Assembly (NCBI GenBank): GCA_016906335.1
Contig: JADEYG010000003.1
Coordinates: forward strand, 620,001 to 684,000
Direction: 5' to 3'
Length of the DNA: 64,000 nucleotides
Source: Novakomyces olei
Taxonomy: Eukaryota
This document shows, piece after piece, positions 35,301 to 47,598 of the stretch (position 1 is its first letter; each line of letters begins with the position of its first letter). The notes beneath the pieces were generated by a model. It was not told the DNA's origin. It was given only the letters and a program-made list of their open reading frames with translations, and did not search any database. The translations under genes and the position numbers were made by a program.

Positions 35301-37762
35301 CTGTCGGCTGAGCGTACTTTTTCGCGACTAGATTTACAATCGCAGTCTGTGCATTTGTGACCTCACTGACAATAGCCTTAAACTTGGCAGATACATCGTC
35401 CGAGTATCTGCTCACAAAGGTATCGTCCGTATACTCTCCACGCTCTTCCACGCCCGATCCACTGCTCGTCCTCGAATCAAGATCGCTTACCAGCCTTTGC
35501 CATAATTCTGGCCATAATTCTGGGTCGTCTTCCTCTTTTTCTTTTTGATCCTCTTCGGCTCCATCTGATCCACTAGCAGAATCCAGCTTAAACAGTGCTA
35601 GTTGTAATACAAGCTCTGGCTCGACCTTTGCCACGAGTAAAAGCCCATCAATAACTTGATCCCACAAGGGAGTTATACTGCGGAAAAGCTGAGAGTAGAG
35701 GAATCGGGGTATCATATCCCGCAGCACGGGATCTTGCCGCCTCGCGTCCGGGTAAAGCGCACATATACTACGTACAATCATACCGGCCTCACGCATCGAC
35801 CGCGGGTCGATGTGCATTGTATCTAATTTTACACACAGCCCAACGGCCTCATTAAACGCCCCTCGCTCTATTGCATAAACCCCATTAAAAAGCGCGAGTG
35901 TGGGTCCGCGCAGGCCGTGACTTTGCATAAAATTGTGCTTGCAGATATCAAAAATGCTCTGTGAATGGGAGCTTAATGTCGACTCATGCAGGAATTGTAG
36001 GATTTTACTGACGGCATCTAGCACTGCAGGGTGATGCTTGTAAAAGTGCACCACCTGAATTATAGTGTGTGAAGCCTCACTCGACAATCGCGACTGAATA
36101 GTGTTCATAAAGGAGGCAATCACAATACCCGTCTGCAAGGAAAAGGGCACGCTTTTTAGCTGTTCTATTACATAGAGCGATATGCGGCTTTTCGTCTCTT
36201 TTGAGCAGTTGCACAGGCCAGCTAAAACCATTGATTTAGCTATCAATTGCGACACAATATCTGCCCTATGGTCTGCTCCCTGGCCGTTGATGCTCTTCAA
36301 CGACGATGCAAGAGATTCGATTTGGAGCAAGTCTGCCGCAGAATCATCCGTGCAAGAAAACCGACACTTTCTCTGCTCAAGCAGCGGGTAAAGCATCACA
36401 AGCTGCGATGGCCCAAGGCCCTCAATGGTCTCTGCGGAACGCAATAGCTGATCGAGCTTTTTGGAAAAGACAGAATCGAATAATCCAGGACTCATAGACA
36501 TAATTACACTGGAAAATAGAATGCAAGCTTCCGCACCCTTCGCAGACCGAACCTTGGCCCAAACGGAATCGATACACTTGCCCACCAACAGTGGCGAGCT
36601 TCTCGCTAAAACTGCACTTAGAGACAAGACACAATTGTCCTCCCGGAATAGACGCTCGGCCAAGCACAAATTTACAAACGGCTCTAGATCATCAAATTGT
36701 AAATACCGATTGGCCGTGCACGCGAGGAAAATCATTTGCAAAATGTAATATGGCTGGATTTCAGCTGTACTAGCCCCGTTCAGTACAAAGCTTTTAACAA
36801 AGTAGTTGAATTGCTGCGAATCAACGTGCCGAATAATGGCAGTGAATATTGGCTCCAATAAAGTACTACTTTGCGTCCCGTTCTGAAACTGAATATAGAC
36901 ATTGCGCAGTATAAAATGCGCCTTGCGGTTCAAAGAATGAGACGGAGATTTCATACCGTCGAAAAGAGCAGCAAGTAAACCATACCGTAAAGGCGCTAAA
37001 GTCTGAATTGTACAGCTTTCCATATCCTCATTCATACGAGCTAAAAGGTTTTCTATTACCCGCTCATCGGCGTGCCGTATCAAATAAGAAAGAGCTTCAC
37101 CAGTGAAGCGTATCACATGTTTGCGATGACATGTTATCCCCAAAAGAGGCTTTATCAGATCGTATATTTCGCCCACCCGTGAAGCCAAATACTTTCGCAA
37201 ATATTTGAAAAGGTAAGAAAGAGCGTTGAAGGTCCACTCAACAATAGATATTTCCTGCTGTACGGCCAAAACTTTTAGTAGCTCAATCGTGGGTGCGACA
37301 AAAGGCTCAAAGTCAGTATTCAGGTCTCGCGAAAATTGGCATAGCAGATCGAGTAGAGGCTCAGCAGAGTAAACGTCCGGCACTGAGAGCGATGAGACCA
37401 GGTTCTCAAATATTTGATCTTTATGGAAAACAACCTGGTGCAGTGACTGCGACAGGGGGCTGACTTGTTTTACGAAACGTGTGAAGGTTGCACTCAAATT
37501 CAAATCTCGCCATTTTTCACGTGATGAGATAAAGTACGAAGACGTGTCTTCGTCTTGTAAGGTGGTGCCGGCTGCCGATAATTTGTGGCTAACATCGAAA
37601 TGAAGCGCGTCTATGCGCTGTGAAAATGTTCGGTACTGCAGTCAAATTAGTATGAAACGATTCTAGCATAAAAGCAGCGTCAAAGTTGGAGGTGAAGACT
37701 TGCTACAGACTTACACGATGCTGTTTCTCGTCTGTCCGAGTCGGCTTTGCTTTTATAGACAT
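29365..37762 (-). CDS. UTP20: U3 snoRNP / SSU processome HEAT-repeat protein Utp20, 2 exons
   Basis: KQHR|YRTFSQRIDAL, WRDLNLSATFT, HIQVHRRERA, LKSRAQDVRD, LAKGYQRHVL and NLEYAHASGRESVLE motifs. First exon ATG 37762; intron about 37636-37714. Confidence 0.93.
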
Positions 37763-38197
37763 GGAGATGACGCTGACTAGTTCATCATCGTGTAGAGAAT
37801 AATATTTTTTTGGCTTTTATTTTTTCTCGAATAAATTTTTATATAATTTATTTTACTCTTTTGAAGAATATATAACCTTTAATACTATCATACTGAAGAT
37901 CAAATAAGCTTACTTAAAAAGTCGGTTGGTCAAAGCTATGAGCTTGTCAGAAGGTTACTTGTAGCTTTTGTGCCTGTCAATTCAATATACTTCGATAAGC
38001 CCGATTAGTCGAACATTTACTTGTTTATCGGCACATAATTCTTTGATATGTTGAGCCTATCATAAAAACCGCCAGAAATATTAATAAAAAAAAGATATAA
38101 AATAAACTAATTTAAGGACGACATGCCAAATCACAGTATACAATTCTAAAAGGAAATAGCAACCGCAATTTACGTTTCTGATAGTGCGTCCTCATGT

Positions 38198-40203
38198 TCA
38201 CAGTTCCAACGATTTTGAGCGTCGAATTGCCGTTTGCAACGAAAGTAAATCACTAATATCAGCCTCAACCAAGGCCTTGTTGGAATAAATGTTTGGCATC
38301 GATGTTGCAGGTACTCGTTCCGCACGTTTGTCAGCAACTACATCAAATTGAGCTTTGACTGATTCTGGCAGTGCCTGCAAAATATTACTGCCTTTCTCTT
38401 CAGGTGTTTGCTCTTCATCGTCTATACAATCAAACAGAAACTCGGGGTTCCCACAGCAATCAGTATCACGCTTCAGTATTTCAAGCTCTTCTAACCCATC
38501 AGGGATTGATGATCGTTGCGCAAAACATATTTTGTCTTTAATACCATGTTCTTCGTCCACACAAGTGCTGAAAGGAACCACGTTTTGTGGCTGCATTAGT
38601 CCAACAAAGTCTTGCAGTTCGTGAAGACTCGAATGACGCGAATAAACAATGCACTATACTACTCAGCTAAAATGTCCCAAACCAAAAAATTTGGGCATAC
38701 AATAGTCCGCGGCTTTTCGCGTTCAAAAGAACAGAAGGGGACACCATTTTCCGTAAAATGAGGAAACAGCACACTTAAACCGCCATTGTCTGTCAGAGCA
38801 AAAGCGCGATTTTTACCCTGAAGAATAATGTGTACAGGCACAATATAGATGACCTGCTCGTTCTGAAAGATATCACAAAGCCCACAAAATTCACAAGCGT
38901 GTACGCGTATATCCGGACCATTATCTGTAGTAAGAGCGCCCTGATACTCTACGAATTTCTGTGGGTTTCTGCTATTACGTGATCTGGTGGAAAACCCATT
39001 GAGATACGCCGAGTATTGCCAGCCCGAAGAATTGGAAACTGCTTTGTAAAGCGAGTACCTATACCTGTCCACATGAACCTGTACAAGGTAAACAACCAGA
39101 TAATAGCTCAAAAGTCAATATACCCTTGAATCCAGAGCTTTGGAGAGTGAAACGAAAATATCCTCGTAGCCCAAGCACCACGTATTCACATAAAACACGT
39201 TGTCCTTGGGCAGATCTGCCACAACCGCCAATAGACCACTGAGAGCATGCCTCTGGAAAAATAAGAACAATTCTTTGAAAGCAGATACCTTTGAAGGGAA
39301 TCTCACTATAGCAGGGTGAATCAGTGTGGCTTCTGCATCCAAGCACATGGAAGAAAGGTGCAGCTTTGCGTGAGGATCACTGTAACGCGCCAGGTGTGGA
39401 TCAGACCGAATACTCGTCAGCCAGTCCGAGTCGGCTACAATGTAAGAATAAAAAATAATTGATTTTTAAACAAAGGAGAAGGGCCGAAGACTGGGACCTT
39501 GAAAGCTCCGCCTTGACTTAAATGTATAAACGGATAGCGCCATGATAACGTCAAACAAAAATTTCCAATACAGAAAAGGGAGAGACTATGAATATAAAAT
39601 AAACAAAATTAAAAAATTGAATCAGGTTGATCCTTATACCCCGTAAATCACCGGTAAAAAGTGCGGCTCGACCATGGCCTTCGATTAAAAACATGCATGA
39701 CCCAATACAATGATTGGCCTAGAGTCAGAGAAACAAGTATTCGATCAAACTCATACATCAATCAGCGTCACAGTCACCAGTTCGTCTCCATGCAAAATCT
39801 TTACCGGCGTATTCAAAGGCAGTGGCCGCTGTCCCCTGTCAGTAAAGCAAATCCTGAATACAGTTCTGTTGAGATACGAGTAAATCTTGCCGAATGCCTA
39901 AATGGCCGTATCTGTATACTCTCTGTTCGATTTCGCCCAGATCATACTGCAAACGATGACGGCGCTGTTGGAGTCTCAGCAGGAGCTGCCTGTGTCAGTA
40001 TGATCCCTCTAATTGCACTGTACCTCCTTTGTCGCAAACGTGCAGTATATGAAACAGCCCTGCGAGAGCTTTTCAAGGCCTTTCAGATGGTCTGTGTGTA
40101 CATGTGACAAGAAAAAAGCAGTACATTCGGCCGCGTCTGCATCGTGAATGAAATAGTCGAATCTAAATTGCGGAAACTCGGCGATTATGCCTTTCCACAG
40201 CAT
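38198..40203 (-). CDS. Artemis/SNM1-family beta-CASP metallo-beta-lactamase nuclease, multi-exon
   Basis: Artemis-type N-terminus KGIIAEFPQFRFDYF, FFLSHVHTDHLKGL, ANHCIGSCMFLI, FTGDLR and late SRHSSLHEL motif. Confidence 0.85.
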
Positions 40204-40427
40204 AAGAGTCGCATCGTACAACCAACAAAAAATCAACTTTGCCTGTTAATGATAGCATAATAATGTAAAAATAAATAAAATAAGAATATGGAGAATTGAA
40301 TAGCGAGAGTAAAAATGACAAGAAATATCCTGGCGCCTCTTAAATTACGGATAAAAATTGATAAGAAAATTAAAAATTAATAAAAAAATAAAAAAAAATT
40401 GAATAATCTTTCTGCACTTGGCCTGCG

Positions 40428-41777
40428 ATGGCAAAGGAAGTTCGTGTCATTTGCGGCACGTATACGCACCTTCTATATGCCGCAGATTTCACGATAGCGT
40501 CTGATGATACGGTGGAGCAAAGTGTAGACGAGAACAAACTCGAGACAAGCGTCAAACCAAATCGTGTGCGGACACAACCAGTATGGCTCTTTGAAGGCCA
40601 TTCGGCAGCAGTTCGATGTATGGCTTGTCACAGTCGCTATTTAGCCACAGGTTCCTTGGATGAGATGATCAAACTGTACGATTTAAAGAAGCGTAAAGAG
40701 CTGGGCGGTCTAATAATTCCCGACTCCAACGTATTATCTTGCGGAGTAACGAGTTTAGCTTTTACAAAATCGCATCTACTCTCTACCCATGAATCAGGGA
40801 CACTTATGATCTGGCGAATAAGAGACTGGAGCTGCGTTGCGACTCTGAGGGCAAACCCAAAGAATCCGTCACGAAAGGAATGCATCAACGATTGTGCTGT
40901 GCACAATTCTGAAAAATTTGCACTTACCGTGGGACGCGATCGTAAATTGCGTTTATGGAATTTGGTAAAAGGCAGAGCAGAGAACGTTCAGCCCTTGAAA
41001 ATGAATGCCGAACCATTAAAAATCTGCTTTTCAACAGCTTTTGATGGCTACGCTGTCCAGTACGATCGGGCTATAGTAGCATACGACTTGACGGGCCAGC
41101 TCAAGTTTGAGTTGACAGGTTTGACTAAAGTGCACTGCATCAAAGCATTTTCCGATTTCTATGTTTATGGTGACGAAGCCGGAAAGGTAACGTGTGTTGA
41201 TTGCGGTGATGGGAAACTTGTTTCTAGCTTAAAAATTCATGATACCCGCATCAAAGCATTGGACGTGTTTGAGAACGCAATTTACGCAGTTTCAACGGAC
41301 GGAACGATTTCTGTTTCGGAGATAATTGGTGGAGAGCTGTGCATTGTGGGCACACACAAGATTCCCGGCGACAATTTGCGCGTAACGACTCTACTCTGCG
41401 CTGATGCAGAAACCGAGCAATACGGTGAGGTTGTGAAGAGGCGGAGGCTCATGGAGCGATCCATGCATCAACCTTATGGCGATGTCTCTGACACAGAGGC
41501 AAGTGACTTCGAGGCCGGTTTAGAGGATGTAGGAGAAGAGGGAATAGATGATGAAGTTAAAAAGGAGAATGAGGAGGAGACTGGGCCGGAGGTCAGCTCT
41601 GGGGTAAATGATGTTGAAACGGGAGACGTTACCCTCAAGCAAGGAGCAAAAAGGCAAACCTTGATCAAGTCAAGGCCGTCATTGTCTACCAATGAGTCAA
41701 AATTAAGGCAGGAAAATAGGAGCAGGGTAAAGTCTAGGCTAAAGTCAAAACGCAAAAGTGATGGAAAGCTCAAGTGA
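40428..41777 (+). CDS. MAK11: WD40 60S biogenesis factor Mak11/Skb15
   Basis: RVICGTYTH, FEGHS, YLATGSLDE.IKLYDLKKRKELGGL, LRLWNLVKG and HDTRIK motifs, with an acidic/basic tail. Confidence 0.92.
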   Translation: MAKEVRVICGTYTHLLYAADFTIASDDTVEQSVDENKLETSVKPNRVRTQPVWLFEGHSAAVRCMACHSRYLATGSLDEMIKLYDLKKRKELGGLIIPDSNVLSCGVTSLAFTKSHLLSTHESGTLMIWRIRDWSCVATLRANPKNPSRKECINDCAVHNSEKFALTVGRDRKLRLWNLVKGRAENVQPLKMNAEPLKICFSTAFDGYAVQYDRAIVAYDLTGQLKFELTGLTKVHCIKAFSDFYVYGDEAGKVTCVDCGDGKLVSSLKIHDTRIKALDVFENAIYAVSTDGTISVSEIIGGELCIVGTHKIPGDNLRVTTLLCADAETEQYGEVVKRRRLMERSMHQPYGDVSDTEASDFEAGLEDVGEEGIDDEVKKENEEETGPEVSSGVNDVETGDVTLKQGAKRQTLIKSRPSLSTNESKLRQENRSRVKSRLKSKRKSDGKLK

Positions 41778-41810
41778 TCGGAAGAAAAAATTTAATTTAT
41801 TCATTTCTTG

Positions 41811-42982
41811 CTACTCCACATTGGTGAACACTTGTGTAACGTCCATATCTTCGTCTAGGAAATATTAATAAGACAACAAGCAATCACTATACATACCTAG
41901 GGTATTGATAAGTTTTGAAAAGTCTTGAACTTTTTCATCATCGCTTAATTGGATACAAGAGTCTGGTTTTGGTCTGTATACCAGGTCCATTCCCATAAGG
42001 TATAATCCTAATTCTCGTAGTTTATCGGCGATAACGGCCATCTGCTCTTTGTCCACATAAACGGCTACCTCTTTTGATGCAGAAACGTCTTGTTCAGCAG
42101 CTTCCACGTCTAGCGCACCTGCATCAACTGCCATATCAAATATTTCATCAAATGTTTTGTCTCCTGGAGAACCCGTCCGAACTTTAATCAAGCCGACATG
42201 ATCAAACATGTACGAAACACTGGACAAAGAAGCTTCGTGACGTTTCAGTGCCGATTTCACATTTGCCACAGTCCGGTTGATATTGTCCGTGATGGCTTCG
42301 ATAACAAGAGCTCCACCACTGATTGGTGTGTCAGTAAAACTTTTAAATCAATAAATAAAGAAAACAAAAAGGAAAAGACGTAGCGTGCAAGGCGCTCTAT
42401 AGCGGATGAATAATGAATTGAAGAGGAATTTTTTGCCGGTCCTACATTGCGGGTATAAATGCCTCATAAGTCGTTTGCTGCATTTGACTCGTTGTAGATT
42501 TCTCTTGATTCGGTAGGCCTCGTAAAATAGCATTTTCCACTACTGATTTTGGTACAGAAGCTTAAAATGATCAATAATTGATACAAATCAGAGCTTACCA
42601 GCTTTAGCTCCGTTTAGTGCAGCCAACAGCCGAACGTTAAAAGCACTGTCGGGACCTCCAACTATTTACGTTAAACACAGAGTCAATTGAAAAATTAAAG
42701 ACATGAAAAAGGTAAAACTGGACAAGATAAAAAGAAACAAAAACAAGAAAGCTCAACCTTACCCCGTACAGCATGCGTTATACTGCGCGAAATTTTTGAG
42801 GCTTCTTTTGATTTCTTAGCATCTGTGATCGCCTTTATATGCTTGACTTTGCTCCTAATCAAGCCATCAGCCATTGAGCATGATTATTGATTGACTTACC
42901 ATTTGTTATGTCCCGCGCCACGGCAAGCCGTTGTAGAAAAGAAGCGAATCCCATGCCTGATTTGTCCTGTTTTGCCCAACAT
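41811..42982 (-). CDS. YebC/PmpR family mitochondrial translation factor (TACO1/Dpc29), multi-exon
   Basis: Presequence then AGHNKW|SKVKHIK, GPDSAFNVRL, YEAFIPA, VIEAITDNINRT, VSYMFD..G and final DMDVTQVFTNVE*. Confidence 0.88.
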
Positions 42983-43574
42983 TTTGCTAGCGTATTTTAC
43001 TTCGATATGGCATTGCCGTTGGTGACAACGCCAGATATCCTATACTACGAGTATTAAAATATTATTCTAATTATCATTTAATTGATTATTTTTAGAATTG
43101 TTTTTCATTTATTTTAGTCCTTTGTCCTGTACATGGCGACAAGAATTAATACGAGGAAACTATCACAATAAAATCCACCTGACAAAATTAAAATAAATTA
43201 AATGAATAGACAAATAAATAAATAGATAAATAAGTTAAATAAATTTATGATTAATAAATCTGAAAATTTAAATATCTTTAGCAATGGTATTACTAAAGCC
43301 TAATATGTACAATATATATGTCTGTCTGTCTAGCAGGCATGCTCTATACAAAACCTTCTCAATTGTGAAAAAAATGTACCACGTGAAAGTATCCTTCAGT
43401 ACGCCTGCCGATGTCCTCGGACTGAGTATATGCCACGAATCGTCGAAACATCTCAATCAAGTTTTGGAAAATGAACACATCATAGCGCCAATAATATAAT
43501 CCACCTGAAAGGTATCATAGAATATCATAGTAGAAAAGCATTAGAGGCGAAATGCAATTGACACCCCGTCAAAT

Positions 43575-45391
43575 TTAGAAAACAGTCCCATTAATTATAA
43601 ATAAACGCCTCTCTTCCCGTCGAACCCACGATAAGATGACGTTGATAGACGTAACAAAAATATGCTTGGAAAGCGAACTACTAGCCACGCAATAAAACTC
43701 GAAAGCAGAAGTTGACCAAGCAAACCACAGCCCGTCACTGTCTCGCGAAAGAACCAGCTTTACCGCGTTGTCCTTGTCGTGGATTCGATCATTCATTTTT
43801 GCGTAATGGCGAAATAGCCTATTATCATAAGCATTAGAATACATGACAATAAAACAAGTGTAATTAGAGGAAACGCTAGAATAATATTGACGAATTCAAG
43901 TATTGATCACTCAAAAGCATCATATAGAAAATAGATAATATAAATGAAGAGCCACACTTACACTGCCTGCCGGACTTTACTATCAAAAGGCATTTCAAAT
44001 TCCGGCATAACGTATTGCAAGTACTGATTTGATTTGTACAGAAAATGATGTACAGAGCTCGCGCCAATAGACGAAGTCGTAAATTGGGATTCCCTTATAG
44101 CACTGTCCATCCCCGATATTAATGCTTTCTGCTCCAGTTCCTAGAAAATTAATGTTTTGAATTTCTCTGGAGCTTTTTACCTCCAATATGGCTTCCCGCG
44201 CCTTTTGCATTTCATAAAACGCATCTCTATCGGCAGATATGAGCATAAACGCGCTTTCATCAGAGATAAAAAGAATGTAAGCATGCAAAAATCCTTTAGA
44301 GTTAAACTTTGGCAAGCATATTGGTGTCCAGTGCTCTTCATGCCGGAACGAAGAGCTATTGTAGAGCATTGCAAACAGCAAAGAAAGATCAGGGGGATAT
44401 AGCGAGTGTCGCTTAGGTCGAATTACTGTGATGATTTGGCTATTTGCAACGAGAACACCGTACAGCAAGTTCTTTGGTTAGAATAGGGAAAGAAGCGAGA
44501 CAACATTATCTGGAAGCAATTTAAAAACCTTCAAGTACTCGCCGATACATACCTTTGGTCTATTATTAACCATAACTTGACTAATCGCGTCCCGCACGGA
44601 GCTCCGCATACGAAGACACCGTACCGCTCCGAGAATTATGGAAGGCTCACCCTGAATCATGCTATCGGCAATGTTATCCAGAAACACCTCTGTGCCTCCA
44701 AGGTATCGGCGTAGATCAAAATTCATTCGAGCAGAAAACAAACGTTTCAACTGGCTGTACGTAATCGCGCTAAGAATCTGGTGATTGATGGCTTCTAGCT
44801 GAGCGCGCAACTGTGGAACCGATTCGTGCAGTTTTGAAACTGCAACAAGATAAAGAGGATCTTCGTTCATAACGACGGTGCGCACACCGTCGTTCGTGGA
44901 AGAGAAACTTCTAACAAACGACGCCGTTAGTAAAGCCTCAAAGCGTATATAATTTCGTACGATAAACGATCACCGGACGCCTCGTAAAAGCTTATTATAG
45001 CCTGTATTACGCCCATGTAGCTGGTAATTTCGTCCAGAGTGCCGAAACGGCTGTATATAGGCTTCCCCGAAGAACTGAGGACAAAAAAATTCTTGTCCCG
45101 CAACAAGAAATTGCTCTCTTCCGCTATTGAAGAGTCAGATTAATCCCGTAATAATCAGCAAGGCTTACATGCGCAAACAGACACAGACTCTGGGGACGAG
45201 TACTCCACGTCGGAAACATTATCAAGCTCAAACGGCTCTGGCTGCACGGACGGCTCTGCTCGATCGGAAAACAGTGCAGTGTCTGCCACAGGCGACGTCG
45301 GTGTTTCCTCACCTTCCACCGTGTGCGTGTCAAGCCCCACTGTTGGCTCTGCCCGCAGCGCCGCCGGCTCAATGCCATTGCTCTCCCCCAT
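43575..45391 (-). CDS. MON1: Vacuolar fusion protein Mon1 (Rab7/Ypt7 GEF subunit), multi-exon
   Basis: FVLSSSGKPIYSRFG, NFDLRRYLGGTE, EHWTPICLPKFNSKGFL and WVRREERRLFI motifs. Confidence 0.94.
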
Positions 45392-46193
45392 TTTACCTTA
45401 TCGCGCTCTGCTGCCTTTTCATTTTCGCTGTACGCGATTGATGGGTTAAGCGAATATTGCTAATTAATGTATACGAGAGGCTCACTATGAATAACAATAG
45501 CGATAATACGTATATAAATATAAATATAAATATGAGTATCTATATATATATATATATGAGCATCTATATATATATATAAATATATAGTGGAGAAAAGGAG
45601 AAACGTTGAAAAACGCTGAAATGGTTGGGCACAAGGCGACTCGCCAGACCTGTTAATTGCCACGACTACTTTACACTAACCGGTCCAACGTTCTATTGCG
45701 TTCTACTTATTGTCTTTGGAGTAAAGAGTAAAACACGGCTCGTAAATAAATATTACGGTTCGCTAGCTACTCGTGACGATAATGGAACGGCTGTTGGCCA
45801 TTACCTATTTATTTCATCTTTTAGGTGAGCAAACGCCGGGTTATGGACCGTTTGTGGTGGCCTGACGTGTAAAAGAGGAGGGCAAGTGCAATAGTGTTTG
45901 CTCTGTTTGATTGTCCTCATAGTCATATCATCGGATTAGGAACAGAAGGGTATGATAATCGCATCCTCCATCTCGTGGCAAAGCCAGCCTTTTGTATTTG
46001 GTCAGAGTCGGAGGCCTAGTCATAACAAAAGTCTCCATGAACCATGCAGAGGCCACCGAGTAGACTCATCATCCTCAATGCCAGACCGATAACCCATTCA
46101 GCCGTATTGAAAGCACGAATCCATCATCGCCGAGACTTGTCGGTTGAGCGAATCAATCGTTCGGTGTAATTGCCGTTCCAGCAACCACAGAAT

Positions 46194-46495
46194 CTACCAT
46201 TTCTTTGAGAGCTAAAGAATGAGCGACTCATTGAATAAAGCCTTTAATGACTAGCGAGGCGACTAGTACACAAACGAACAGAGGCAGCCCCACTTACCGT
46301 TTTTTGCAGGCACGTTTTAAACTCTAAAAACTCCGGGGCGCATACGTCTTTCCGCACATCTTGCAGATGCTGCAGAATACAGTTCCCGTACACCGATGCC
46401 TTTTAGTAAGTACAGTAAGTCCTGATACGGTATACCTGTCCGGAGCACGAGGCGGTGGCGGCCGCAAACTTTTCCAGCGGCCGAGACTTTGCCAT
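46194..46495 (-). CDS. NDUFAF8: 59-aa twin CX9C protein, NDUFAF8-like complex I assembly factor, 3 exons (absent from the ORF track)
   Basis: Exons 46495-46436, 46399-46298 and 46211-46194 give MAKSRPLEKFAAATASCSGQASVYGNCILQHLQDVRKDVCAPEFLEFKTCLQKTLSKKW*. It has two exact CX9C motifs with the YGxC and CAxEF pattern. Confidence 0.85.
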
Positions 46496-46792
46496 GGCAG
46501 TTTGGTGCCACGCCAGGTACCGCGTATATTACGGTATTATTGCAAGCTTATACGCAACAATATATAAATAATATTTGATGATTTTTTATTAATAAATATA
46601 AATATATTTAAATTTATATTGATATTGATATTGATATTGATATATATATTTATATGTATAGTTATATAAATAAATATATTTATATATCTTTATTTATTCT
46701 ATTATTCTGGCCGTATATCTCGCGTTTCGCGTCCCGTCAAACGGATATTGGCAGCCTTTATTGCCGATTGAACAAACGATTTTCCCCTTCTA

Positions 46793-47389
46793 TTACTGTA
46801 ATTGCTCTACAAACGCGTCAAGGGTATTTTTGAATAAATCTGCGCTACAGCCCGCGCGACCGGGATCGCCAGATGGGTTCAGCGGGTTCTTTACCACGTA
46901 TTCCACATACAGCTGCCGATAAATCTCCCACAGAGCCAGCCGTAGATCTGGTACTCCGGGATTGGTGAGCATTACAAGCCGTAAATTTGTAGGCGTTTCC
47001 AGAAAATGTGCTTTGTATTTTGACGTAGAAAAGCAATGGAATGAATCGTTTCTATGGTGGTAAGCGCCGATGAACAAGCAAAGAATTAAAAGCAATAGAG
47101 AATGCGTGTCCCTACTCTGAGTCCAATTTCCGGCATATATTACGCAGTGAGTAGCACATGCCGAATATTAATTTGGCGTCGTCGCTATCTTCATCGGCCA
47201 CGGGCGGCGCTGAAGGAACGGCACTGACTGCAGTCTCGGCACTGGTTCTTGAGGGAGAAATTGCAAGCTGATCGACCCGCGGTAAGCTGTACCACACTTT
47301 ACTGTATATGCATTCGCCTAATATTAGTCTAGGAGCGCTCACGTGAGCTTACAGTGCCGATCAAACATGTAGAACGAGTACACAATCAT
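46793..47389 (-). CDS. BET5: TRAPP subunit Bet5/TRAPPC1, 3 exons
   Basis: MIVYSFYMFDRH, AKLIFGMCYSLRN, HFLETPTNLRLVMLT and LYVEYVVKNPL motifs. First intron is only 35 nt (47318-47352). Confidence 0.93.
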
Positions 47390-47598
47390 TGTGTGCCGCA
47401 ATAGCCGTCCACCGCGGCCATCAGTCTATATCGACGCCGTTTATTCAATATACGAAATTTATATTTAAAATACATTATTTATTAATATAGTATAAATTAT
47501 TTCATAGTATGAATTATTTTATAGTATTAATTTAAAATATACTATTTATTTTTATTGGTATATTAATTGGACACGGCGCGTACGAGAGCAATGACTAT

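Noticed and set aside
29419..36773. Many + strand ORFs within UTP20, and antisense ORFs in RML2, ACT1, DOP1, LSD1 and RIX7
   Set aside because: Shadow ORFs expected opposite GC-rich coding sequence; no recognisable motifs.
46020..46230. RNase MRP/P RNA suggested by AAAAGTCTCC
   Set aside because: No complementary CR-V (GGAGCTTA-like) partner downstream, and the 3' part overlaps an NDUFAF8 exon.
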